64,000 nucleotides of DNA, taken from NCBI GenBank assembly GCA_964581515.1, contig CAZOOV010000007.1:12698-76697 (forward strand), read 5' to 3'. Shown one piece after another: positions 40,665 to 50,700 of this stretch. Within the stretch, counting starts at the first letter, position 1. Each line of letters begins with the position of its first letter. Under the pieces are notes generated by a model, which did no database searches, was not told the DNA's origin, and saw only the letters and a program-made list of their open reading frames with translations. Origin of the DNA: an uncultured Methanosarcinales archaeon (GTDB lineage: Archaea; Nanobdellota; Nanobdellia; Woesearchaeales; JACJVV01). Position numbers and translations under genes: made by a program.

Positions 40665-41306
40665 ATGAGGGGCTTAGAAGATTATCAAAGACTCATTAGG
40701 AAATTAGAAATAGAAGCATTTCCTGAATTAGCAGAAGATGATTTCTCAATGAACCATATTGATGATGGTAAGAATGTATTTTTTACACCGAATGCCCATT
40801 TCTCTCCTAAACATCCATTATTGACTGAAGAGATAATCACGGATTTAAGAGAGAATAATAAAAACCTGTTAAGTGTTGGTTCTGGTCCTGCTTATCTAGA
40901 ATTATTATTAGTAAAAAAACTAGGCATTAATTTAGAACAGTTAACTTTAACTGATATTTCTAATGAATATTTACCATCTGGTTTTGAGTCACATTTATTT
41001 GATATGTATGAAGAGTGGCCTAGTTTTGGAAAACTTTTTGATTATGTGATATTTCCAGAGTCTGTTTTAATAAATACAAGATTTAAAACATCCTCTGAGC
41101 GTAGACAAGGATTATATCATATTATTTCAAATTCCTTAGATGTAATGAAAGAACAAGGTGAGATAAGGATTAATGGCCATTGTCAATTATCTGATAATGT
41201 ATGTAAAGTAGCGGATAGATTAGTGCATAAATATCCTTGTGTGAAAGTAACTTATTATGATTCTGAATTATTAACAGTTACTAAAACAAGAGTAGAATCA
41301 ATATAA
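40665..41306 (+). CDS. Methyltransferase-like protein
   Basis: LLSVGSGPAYLE, LTDI, FDYVIF. Confidence 0.6.
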   Translation: MRGLEDYQRLIRKLEIEAFPELAEDDFSMNHIDDGKNVFFTPNAHFSPKHPLLTEEIITDLRENNKNLLSVGSGPAYLELLLVKKLGINLEQLTLTDISNEYLPSGFESHLFDMYEEWPSFGKLFDYVIFPESVLINTRFKTSSERRQGLYHIISNSLDVMKEQGEIRINGHCQLSDNVCKVADRLVHKYPCVKVTYYDSELLTVTKTRVESI

Positions 41307-41375
41307 TAATAACTAATAATAATCGAAGATTATTAAGCATTGAAATTAAAATTTCAATATAATAATAATAATAAT

Positions 41376-41792
41376 TTAATAGTATGGTTTAGGCTTAGAC
41401 ATCAAATAATATGTCAGTGAGAAATACTGCATCCAGGGCTTGTATGACTTGTAGATAAAGATGTATTGTACAGCGTCGCTGAGCCAATGAAGCAGGAAGC
41501 CAATAGCTACAAGGAAAAGATAATAATGTATGAAGGATGCAAGTATGATGAAAATAATTATGGGTTCTATTGTGTGGAAAATAAACATATGTGGTCTGTG
41601 GAGCTTGAGTTCTCTTTTGCTCCATTTGATTATCTTTTTTGGGCTAAGTAGTTTTTCTTTGAATAAGATATGGATTACATGATCTATATCTATGAGAATT
41701 CCACTAAGCCCTACTATCATGAGTTCTGTATTGTTCCTCTTGAAAGGATAAAAGAGGAGCATGTTCAGGAAAAAATGGACAAATATATTCAT
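41376..41792 (-). CDS. Membrane-bound metal-dependent hydrolase-like protein
   Basis: H...DIDH...FHT...HWLSD set in TM helices. Confidence 0.7.
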   Translation of the reverse strand: MNIFVHFFLNMLLFYPFKRNNTELMIVGLSGILIDIDHVIHILFKEKLLSPKKIIKWSKRELKLHRPHMFIFHTIEPIIIFIILASFIHYYLFLVAIGFLLHWLSDAVQYIFIYKSYKPWMQYFSLTYYLMSKPKPYY

Positions 41793-41836
41793 AGAAATGT
41801 TTTGATATTAAGAATTTAAAAGATTTATTCAAAAAT

Positions 41837-42706
41837 TCAGTCTTTCTCTAATGGTTGAGTTCTAAGGTATAGATTACATACAGCTTCAGGTCCATAGACA
41901 TAATTTTTTGCCTCTTCTGGCATACCTTTTAGTCTTGCCTTGTCTGCTGCACGGGCCAAGCTGCCGTAAGTAGCATGAGTTACAAGAGGAGCAACAGCAA
42001 AGCTTGCCATTGCACATCCAACGAAACAAGTTGCAGCACCTGCTGAAAGTCCTATTGTTTTAACAAATTCAGGCATTTCAGATATGAACGGCGTCTCTTT
42101 TGTGAATTTTACAGTATGATAGACCAAACCTTTATACTGGTCAAATCCTGGATTAGTAGTTGCAACAGTAGCACATAAATCAAATATCCCATATCCTATC
42201 ATCCCGAATATTGCAAATACTGGGGAAGTCTGTGCAAATTCAGCAGCTGAATAACTGTTGATCCATTTAGGAACCATCCCTCTCTTTTCTCCCATGATAT
42301 TATCTGATAAAATATGCGATAAGGATCTTACATTATCCATATCTTGCGTAGTTCCATTGAATAAGGTCTGGATGCCATCAGCTGTTGCATATGCAGAAGT
42401 GAATTCAATGCCTTCATCTGTTGGTGAAGACCAGATGCTCCATGCTCCTTTCTTTGTCCTTATATCCTCTCTTAGACTTGAATAGAATTCTTCTGCAGCT
42501 TTTGCAATGTCATCAGTATTGTTCCATCTTCTTGCCTTATCTAAATGTCCAGCAGGATATCTTTCTTTAATGTCTTCAGTTGTCACTTCACGTCCTAATC
42601 TGCTTTTCTCAAGATCTATCCATGCTGCTGAGAATTCATCAAGATAAATCACTGAAGTACCTTTCCTTGCCAGATAAGCTATTCGTGGCTTGCTTTGTTC
42701 TCTCAT
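41837..42706 (-). CDS. Hypothetical membrane protein
   Basis: 289-aa ORF with two hydrophobic segments in the C half. Confidence 0.65.
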   Translation of the reverse strand: MREQSKPRIAYLARKGTSVIYLDEFSAAWIDLEKSRLGREVTTEDIKERYPAGHLDKARRWNNTDDIAKAAEEFYSSLREDIRTKKGAWSIWSSPTDEGIEFTSAYATADGIQTLFNGTTQDMDNVRSLSHILSDNIMGEKRGMVPKWINSYSAAEFAQTSPVFAIFGMIGYGIFDLCATVATTNPGFDQYKGLVYHTVKFTKETPFISEMPEFVKTIGLSAGAATCFVGCAMASFAVAPLVTHATYGSLARAADKARLKGMPEEAKNYVYGPEAVCNLYLRTQPLEKD

Positions 42707-42810
42707 ACTGATATAATGAAGTTGTTTCTGACTTTTTAAACTTATATATCCTCAAATATCGACAACAGCATATGAAAACTTATAAAATACAGATAATATT
42801 TCTGTTTTAT

Positions 42811-44538
42811 ATGGGTTATGATGATGAAGAACAAGAAGATCTGGAAGAACGAACCAGTTCGAGCAGTTCAAGTAGTTCCAGTGGTTCGGGGAATTCTATA
42901 AATCCTATCTTGCCATTTCTGCCTATGTGGGCTGCTATTATGATGATGTTCACAGTAACATCAATTAATTCTAATAGGAGCAGCTATAGAAGCAGTTATG
43001 ACGATGATGAAGATAAGGTCCATGTCCATCCTACTTTCTCACAAGAGATTGATGAGAGCAATATGACCCATGCTGAGAAATTGAAGAAGATAAGCTTAAG
43101 CCAGAATTATGCTTCTGCCAGAGATGATGATTTTTATATCCATGTTGAACCAAGAGTTGCAGGACAGACAGCAGAGATAACTGTTTGGCAACAAGGCGGA
43201 CTTAAAGGGCTTGTCGAGAAGATCAGGCTTTACGAAGATGGTAAAGAGATTGCAACATCCAAGCATGGGATGTTGACGCATACTGTAACACATACAAATG
43301 CTGGAGAACATTCTTATAATGCATATATCACAACAGACAGGGATTCTGCTGCTACTTACAGGATTGAAGTTGATTTCTCAGGAGAAAGAATAGATTTCAA
43401 GCCATATTTCCAGTCTTGGAGCACATCTGGAGAGAAAGCTGGAAAGGCTGCAACTGTTCACGTGCAAGGTAAGGATATAGGAGATGATAATGGCATTGAG
43501 AGGATCGTGCTGTTTGAAGACGGAAAGCAGATAGCTGAATTCACAGATGAGACCTGGCACCATCATACTGTCAAGGCAGATTCTCCTCAATCGCACACAT
43601 ATCATGCTGAAGCTTATGACAAGACAGGAAACAAGATCGTTTCAGGCAAAGAGAGGATAGACTTCTTAGGTGATGCGCTTCCACCAGAGATATCATGGTT
43701 CAGCACTTCAGGCAAGGAGGCAGGGAAAACGGCAATATTCAGCATCAGTGCAGATGATGATGACAACCATGATGAGAATGCAGGAATAGAATCAATAGCT
43801 CTTTACGAAGATGGAAATGTCATACACAGAAGAGTTGGAGAAAGCCTTACACACACTGTTGTTCATGATAATGCAGGAGATCATACTTATCATGCTGTTG
43901 CAAGGAATAAAAATGGCAAGACTGCAAAAAGCGATAGCGAGACAATACATTTCATAGGAGAAGCAATGCCGCCTGAGATAAACTGGTTCAGCGGACCTTA
44001 CAGCAAAAAGGCAGGAAGGACTGCTGCATTCTCAGTAAGCGCTGATGATGATAACAATTATGGCGACAATACAGGTGTTGCCATGATAAGATTATATGAA
44101 GACGGAAAAGTGATTGCCTCAAAAGAAGATGACTGGACAACATTTGTTGTTGAGCATACTGATTCTGGAAAGCATACCTATCAGGCAGAGATAATCAATA
44201 CTGCTGGCAAGAGCACATTCAGCGAGAAGACCAGCGTAAGATTCAGCGGAGAGCATATTGCACCAGATGTAGGCTGGTGGAGCGCACATTATTATGATGA
44301 TGAGAAGATAGCAAGGTTCAGTGTTGATGGAAAAGATACATACAACCATGGAGATTCTGCTGGGATTGCAAGGATGGTGCTATTTGAGAATGGAGTGCCT
44401 ATAAAGACTGAAGAAGATGACGATTCGCTTGTTGCTGTGCTTGAAAGGGCTCCTGGGAGATATAAGTATCATGTTGAGATAACCAACAAAGGCGGGAAGA
44501 CCACAAAGACAGAGACAAAGACTATTGCTTATAAGTAA
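42811..44538 (+). CDS. Membrane-anchored protein with five Ig-like repeats
   Basis: One TM, then five ~95-aa units GI..I.L[YF]E[DN]G...G.H.Y.A. Confidence 0.8.
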   Translation: MGYDDEEQEDLEERTSSSSSSSSSGSGNSINPILPFLPMWAAIMMMFTVTSINSNRSSYRSSYDDDEDKVHVHPTFSQEIDESNMTHAEKLKKISLSQNYASARDDDFYIHVEPRVAGQTAEITVWQQGGLKGLVEKIRLYEDGKEIATSKHGMLTHTVTHTNAGEHSYNAYITTDRDSAATYRIEVDFSGERIDFKPYFQSWSTSGEKAGKAATVHVQGKDIGDDNGIERIVLFEDGKQIAEFTDETWHHHTVKADSPQSHTYHAEAYDKTGNKIVSGKERIDFLGDALPPEISWFSTSGKEAGKTAIFSISADDDDNHDENAGIESIALYEDGNVIHRRVGESLTHTVVHDNAGDHTYHAVARNKNGKTAKSDSETIHFIGEAMPPEINWFSGPYSKKAGRTAAFSVSADDDNNYGDNTGVAMIRLYEDGKVIASKEDDWTTFVVEHTDSGKHTYQAEIINTAGKSTFSEKTSVRFSGEHIAPDVGWWSAHYYDDEKIARFSVDGKDTYNHGDSAGIARMVLFENGVPIKTEEDDDSLVAVLERAPGRYKYHVEITNKGGKTTKTETKTIAYK

Positions 44539-44629
44539 AATAGCTCAATTCTTAGTTAATTTTGTCACATTTAAGTAGTAACAGACCGAAACATTTATAA
44601 ATCGATTTATGATTAGAACATATACTAAA

Positions 44630-45463
44630 ATGCATGTCTCAACTGAAATAAAAAATCAAGTCAGAAGCATTGAGAGCGAGATAAGTAAAAGAAAAGAAAG
44701 TGCTTCTGTATTGAGAAGAAAAAAAGAAAGATCTGAGAATAGACTCGAAGATATGACTAAAGATTTTGGTCTAAGGGAACACTTATTTTGCGGTCGTTTT
44801 GGTGGAGACAGGAGAGGAGTTGCAAAAGCTAGAATTCTAAAAGGATATATTTCAGATTATGATTCTAAAATAAGAGGTGCAAATAGGCTTGTTGCTGAGT
44901 TTGAAAAGAATATCGATACTGCAATTGCACAATACCTTTCAACAGGTGATGATGCTTATAGAAGACTTGACAGAGCATATAAAAAAGCAAGTTATATCAG
45001 AGAACAGACTTCTTATTTCATAGGTAGGATTGATGATGCGTTATCTGAGATAAGCGATGCAGAAATGATGGAAACTGTTGACCTTTTTACAAAAAATAAA
45101 GGGATATCACTTCTTTCAACACTAGAGAATTCCGAAGCAGAAGACGCTGCAAATGATGTTAAAGACGCAATCCCTGCTTACCAAGCAAAATTAAACGAAT
45201 ACGATGCATGGCTTGATAAAAAACCATTGCAAGGTCTTGCAGAGATTGATATTGGAGATGGTATTGATTTAATATTTGATCTTGCTTTTGATGGATTTGA
45301 TTTCATGAGTATATTCACATTATCTAGTTTAAGTGATGCTGAAGACCAGCTTAATGAATTAAGAGATAAAGTTGTCGATATAAAAAGAGAGTTAGATAAG
45401 CATTACAAGCAAGCTGATGATAATAGACAAAGATATATCGATAATGTAAGGAGAGAATGCTAA
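44630..45463 (+). CDS. Coiled-coil protein, paralog 1
   Basis: Helical; contains YLSTGDDAYRRL. BRE/TATA GAAACATTTATAAA upstream. Confidence 0.7.
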   Translation: MHVSTEIKNQVRSIESEISKRKESASVLRRKKERSENRLEDMTKDFGLREHLFCGRFGGDRRGVAKARILKGYISDYDSKIRGANRLVAEFEKNIDTAIAQYLSTGDDAYRRLDRAYKKASYIREQTSYFIGRIDDALSEISDAEMMETVDLFTKNKGISLLSTLENSEAEDAANDVKDAIPAYQAKLNEYDAWLDKKPLQGLAEIDIGDGIDLIFDLAFDGFDFMSIFTLSSLSDAEDQLNELRDKVVDIKRELDKHYKQADDNRQRYIDNVRREC

Positions 45464-46191
45464 TGGCACTTGCTGAAACTGAAGCACGAATCTGTACTCT
45501 TGAAGCATTAATACAATCTACTAAAGATTATGTTAGTGCATTAAGTATACAGATTGCTGTCACAAGAGATCTGCTTGTGCAATCAGAAGCAGTAAAAAAT
45601 AATAAAGATTCTAGTTTTAAGAAAGCATTAGGGATCGGTTCTGATTTTATATCTTACAGAAGAAGTGAAGCTAGCGGTTATGAAAAAGAAGTTTCAAAAG
45701 CTAATAAATTAATTCCAGGATATGAAGAAGAATTACAAAGACATCTGCAAGAGTATGTATCAAGCAATGATTCTGAATATCAAGCACTAGAAAGGATTGC
45801 AGAAGAGATTATGTTGATGCGTAGAGAAACAAATAAGATTATATCACTAGCAGATTCTGCATTAAATTATGGTAGTACAGAAAAAGACAATTACAGGATG
45901 ACTGAATTAAAAAGTGCAAAAATAAAATATGATGATTATCATTCTCGGTTTAATCAATTCATAAGAAAGTTAGGTTCTGCATATGAAGAAATTAGTGAAA
46001 TAGGCAGAGACTTAAGTCTAAATTATAGATTTGAGAACTCATATTCTAATGAGATAGAAGTTCGTGATTATAGAGATGCACTTATAGAATTAAAAGATAC
46101 ACTTGAAAGACAAACAAACGCATGCCAAGATAGAATGGCTGGAAGAATACAAAATGCAAGAGAACAGTTCGCAGCAAAGAGACAGCAGTAG
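45463..46191 (+). CDS. Coiled-coil protein, paralog 2
   Basis: YVSSNDSEYQALER; TAATG overlap with the previous gene. Confidence 0.7.
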   Translation: MALAETEARICTLEALIQSTKDYVSALSIQIAVTRDLLVQSEAVKNNKDSSFKKALGIGSDFISYRRSEASGYEKEVSKANKLIPGYEEELQRHLQEYVSSNDSEYQALERIAEEIMLMRRETNKIISLADSALNYGSTEKDNYRMTELKSAKIKYDDYHSRFNQFIRKLGSAYEEISEIGRDLSLNYRFENSYSNEIEVRDYRDALIELKDTLERQTNACQDRMAGRIQNAREQFAAKRQQ

Positions 46192-46192
46192 A

Positions 46193-46948
46193 ATGCTTAT
46201 CCCCGATAAGGTTAAAGCAGAGATAGCTACTTTGGACACTCTTATTGCTGATACAAGGGGTGCTAATTGTGCAATGGAGACTCAAAGAGAGGTTACACAG
46301 ACACTTGTAAACCAGATGGAATCTGGAGTCAGTGCAAGAGAAATGTACTTTGGTCTAATATTCAGAAAGAATAAAGAGACAGTCAGAGCGATTAAGGCAC
46401 TTAAGCATGAGATGTATGTGCTTGATACTGCTGTAAAGGCAAATAGAGAAAGACTTCCTAAATATGAACAAGCAATCAATGAATCTGTTGTAATGTACTT
46501 ATCTACTAGCGACGAGAGATATCAAGGATTGCAAAGAACTGCTGATGAAATATCAAAACTTTTAGCTGTTGGTAAAGTACTAAAAGATAAGACTCTAAGA
46601 GCAATAAAAAAAGATAATTATGCTTCTGGAAGCAATACATGGATAAAAGATGTAAATAGATATAAAATAAAATTTGCAGCTATGGTCGATATATGTAATG
46701 ATTATATGGGTCAACAAGCAGGACTTCCTTTTGAAAAAAGAAGAGTAATTAGTGGTGATGAACTTCGGAACAGATACCCTATTGATTCATCATTCAACTA
46801 TGAAAAAGGAGTAAGAGGGCTTGATGGGTTCATGTCTGATGTAAACAAAGTCATGGAATTTCAATTGAGCCAGATACAAACACAGATGAATGCATATGCA
46901 AAACAAGCAATTACAGAGTGTAGAGCTGACCCTGTAGAAGTAAGATAG
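46193..46948 (+). CDS. Coiled-coil protein, paralog 3
   Basis: YLSTSDERYQGLQR; ATG lies 1 nt after the previous stop. Confidence 0.7.
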   Translation: MLIPDKVKAEIATLDTLIADTRGANCAMETQREVTQTLVNQMESGVSAREMYFGLIFRKNKETVRAIKALKHEMYVLDTAVKANRERLPKYEQAINESVVMYLSTSDERYQGLQRTADEISKLLAVGKVLKDKTLRAIKKDNYASGSNTWIKDVNRYKIKFAAMVDICNDYMGQQAGLPFEKRRVISGDELRNRYPIDSSFNYEKGVRGLDGFMSDVNKVMEFQLSQIQTQMNAYAKQAITECRADPVEVR

Positions 46949-47006
46949 ACTGATTCTTATTATATCTTAATTATTAGATTATTAGATTATTAAATTAATT
47001 TTTTTA

Positions 47007-47175
47007 AGTTAAGGTTGTTGACCTTAGCTCATGTGAAATTAAGAAATTTTTCTAACTTAAACTCATTGAGTTTAAATCACGTGAAATTAAGAAATTTCTC
47101 TAATTTAAAGTCGTTGACTTTAAATCACGTGAAATTAAGAAATTTCTCTAATTTAAAGTTGTTGACTTTAAATCA
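47007..47175. repeat. 48-bp tandem array (~3.5 units) built from palindromes
   Basis: Unit CACGTGAAATTAAGAAATTTCTCTAATTTAAAGTCGTTGACTTTAAAT. Hairpins at 47007, 47055, 47103 and 47151. Confidence 0.95.
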
Positions 47176-47179
47176 ACGC

Positions 47180-47193
47180 GAAACATTTATAAA
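47180..47193 (+). promoter_or_regulatory. BRE/TATA box
   Basis: GAAACATTTATAAA about 22 nt before ATG 47216; the same motif precedes the coiled-coil operon near 44588. Confidence 0.7.
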
Positions 47194-47215
47194 ATAGCTC
47201 GGTTTTGGCTTAATT

Positions 47216-47620
47216 ATGTTTACATATAAGAAAATCACAATCATACAATCAAGAAGACCACCTAAGCAGAATATCAACGATAAGTTGCAAGCGCTTGCTA
47301 ATTCTCTTGGTCTTTTTAACCTTCGAGATAAAGATAATAGCTGTTTTAGGATATTTATAGAGCTGATTAAGGCTGCAAAGACAGAACAACAGCTTACAAG
47401 TGATGAACTTGCATATAAACTTGGCCTTTCCAGAGGTACAATAGTGCATCATCTGAACAAGCTGATTGAGTCAGGACTCATAATAGTGAAGAAAAATAGA
47501 TATTTCTTAAGAGTAAACAATTTAAAACAGCTCATTTCAGAAGTTGAAAGAGACCTTGATAATACGATGAGAGATCTTAAAGCTCTTGCTGGAGAACTCG
47601 ATGACCAGTTAGGTCTTTGA
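47216..47620 (+). CDS. ArsR-like winged-helix transcriptional regulator
   Basis: LTSDELAYKLGLSRGTIVHHLNKLIESGLI. Confidence 0.88.
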   Translation: MFTYKKITIIQSRRPPKQNINDKLQALANSLGLFNLRDKDNSCFRIFIELIKAAKTEQQLTSDELAYKLGLSRGTIVHHLNKLIESGLIIVKKNRYFLRVNNLKQLISEVERDLDNTMRDLKALAGELDDQLGL

Positions 47621-47742
47621 TTAAATTAGTTGAAATTAGACAATAATATCAAATAATTGATTTTGGTTATTAAAAATCTTGATTATAAGATTACTTAAGT
47701 GTAATAAATGCAATAAATATAATAGATAAAGAGGATGAGAAA

Positions 47743-50700
47743 ATGGCAAAAAAGTTCAAATCAGTTGATGGAAATACAGCTGCAGCAAATGTAGCATATG
47801 CATATAGTGAAGTAGCTGCGATATACCCGATAACACCTTCTTCTCCTATGGGAGAGTCTGCTGACTCATGGTCAGCTGCAGGAAAGAAGAATATATTCAA
47901 TCAAATTGTTCATGTACAAGAGATGCAATCAGAAGGAGGAGCTGCAGGAGCAATACATGGTTCACTTACTGCTGGAGCACTTACTACAACATTTACAGCG
48001 TCACAAGGACTCATGCTGATGCTTCCAAATATGTTCAAGATTGCAGGCGAACTTCTGCCTTGCGTATTTCACGTATCTGCAAGATCACTGGCATATCAAT
48101 CATTATCTATCTTTGGCGATCATTCAGATGTCATGACTGCAAGAAGCACAGGTTTTAGCATGCTTGCTTCAGGCAGCGTACAAGAAGCACAGGATATGGC
48201 TGCAATAGCTCATCTTTCTTCAATTGAAGCAAGACTTCCTTTCTTACATTTCTTTGACGGATTTAGGACAAGTCATGAAGTACAAAAGATAGAGACTATC
48301 GATAATGAAACATTGAAATCAATGTTTAACATGAAAGCACTTAAGGATTTTAGAAAAAATGCACTTAATCCTGAACATCCAAGTTGTAAGGTAGGTGCAG
48401 AAAATCCCGATGTATATTTCCAAGGAAGAGAAAGAGCAAATAAATATCATGCAAGGATACCTGGTATTGTAAGGAAATATATGGATCTTTACGCAAAAAA
48501 GACTGGAAGAAAATATGGGTTGTTTGATTACTGTGGAAGCAAAGATGCTGAAAAAGTAATAATCATGATGGGAAGCGGTGCTGATACTGCAGAGGAAGCT
48601 GTTAATTATCTTTCTGAGAATGGAGAAAAAATAGGAGTACTTAAAGTAAGATTATACAGGCCATTTTCTGTTGAGAGTTTTATAGGTGCACTACCTGATT
48701 CTGTAAAAAAAATTGCTGTTCTTGATAGAACAAAAGAATCTGGAAGCGTAGGTGAACCATTATATCTTGATGTAGTAGGTGCGCTGAAAGGAAAAGATAT
48801 TACTATTATTGGTGGAAGATATGGTCTTTCAAGCAAAGAGTTTACACCAAGCATGGTTAAGGCAGTATTTGCTCATCTCGACGGAAAATGCACACATGAT
48901 TTCACAGTAGGGATTGATGATGACCTTAGTAAAACTTCAATTGAAGTAAAAGAAGAGATAGATACAGAACAGAAAGGTGTTGTAAGATGTAAATTCTGGG
49001 GATATGGAAGCGATGGTACAGTATCTGCTAACAAGAACTCAATAAAAATAATCGGGGATAACACAGATAAGTATGTACAGGCATATTTCTCATATGATTC
49101 AAAGAAGTCTGGAGGAATCACCGTATCACATTTGAGATTCAGCGATAAGCCTATACAGTCAGGATATCTTCTTAACAATGCAGATTTTATTGCACTTCAT
49201 AAGCCCTCATACATAGGTAGATATGATATACTTGCTGGCATTGCAGATGGTGGAACATTTCTCTTAAATACTCCTTTCAAAGGTAAAGAAATATTTGAAA
49301 GTTTAACTGAAGATATGCAAAAGACAATAATTGACAAGAAGATTAGTTTCTATGCAATTGATGCAACAAAGATATCTAAACAAGTTGGTCTTGGAAATAG
49401 GATCAATACAGTGATGCAGGCAGCATTCTTCAAAATATCAGGAATTATCCCTGAAAAAGATGCTATAAAACTTATCAAGGACGCTATTGAAAAACAATTT
49501 AGCAAAAAAGGAGAAGAAATTGTCAAGATGAATTGGGAATGTGTTGATAATACTGTTGCTGCACTAGAAAAAGTAGAAATACCTGCAACAGTTGGTAAAT
49601 CTGTTCCAATGCTTAAATTGCTTCCTGATGATGCAAGTGATTTTGCAAAAGAAATCATAGAACCTACAATGAGGCTTAAAGGAGATGAGATCCCAGTCTC
49701 AAAGATGCCTTTAGATGGTTCAGTTCCAACAGCGACGACAAAACTTGAGAAAAGAGGAGTTGCTGATATGGTTCCTGAATGGATACCTGAGAAATGTATA
49801 CAGTGTGGGAGATGTTCACTAGTATGCCCGCACGCTTCAATAAGAATTAAACAAATGGAAGCAGGTGATTTGAAAGGCGCACCAGATACATTTACAACAC
49901 TTAAAGCAATGGGAAAACAAGAAAAAGATATGAAATTCAAGGTGCAAGTTTATGCAGAAGACTGCCAGGGATGTACTTTGTGCGTTAATGATTGTCCTGT
50001 AAAAGATAAAGCACTAAAAATGGTCCCTATTGAACAAGCAAGAGAGAAAGGAGAAAATGAGAATGAAAAGTTCTTTGACGCACTACCAGATAATGTACTT
50101 GACGGTGCACCTGAAGGAACTGTAAAATGGACTCAACTCCAACAACCTTTGTTTGAATTCTCTGGTGCTTGTGCTGGTTGTGGTGAAACACCTTATGTAA
50201 AACTAGTGACGCAATTATTTGGCAGAAGGATGATTATCGCTAATGCAACAGGATGCAGTTCAATCTATGGTGGAACATTTCCAACAATACCTTATTGTCA
50301 AACAAAAGATGGCAAAGGACCTTGTTGGGCAAACTCGCTTTTTGAAGACAATGCAGAATATGGCTATGGTATGAGGCTTGCACTTAATTCAAACAGAGAT
50401 ATGCTACATAATCTTATATCTGAACTTATCGCGGATAAAGGGTCAGATAAGAAGATTAAAGTTGCATTTGAAAAGATAATCAGCATGTGGAATGATAAAA
50501 CATTAGAGGCTGAGAAAGCAGCTGATGAGATTATAGGATTACTTCCTGATGCAATAAAGAACTCTGATAATGATAATAAAGAGAAATTACAGAGGATATA
50601 TGAATCAAGAGATTTCCTTGTCGACAAAAGCGTATGGATCGTTGGAGGAGACGGCTGGGCTTATGATATAGGCTACGGCGGACTTGACCATGTACTTGCT

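Noticed and set aside
47007..47175. CRISPR array
   Set aside because: The sequences between the palindromes are near-identical rather than unique spacers, and there are no cas genes in the window.
47015..47197. 60-aa LRR-like ORF (NLKSLTLNHVKL repeats)
   Set aside because: It is a translation of the 48-bp palindromic DNA repeat. The 16-aa period is too short for an LRR, it starts at TTG, and it runs through the downstream TATA box.
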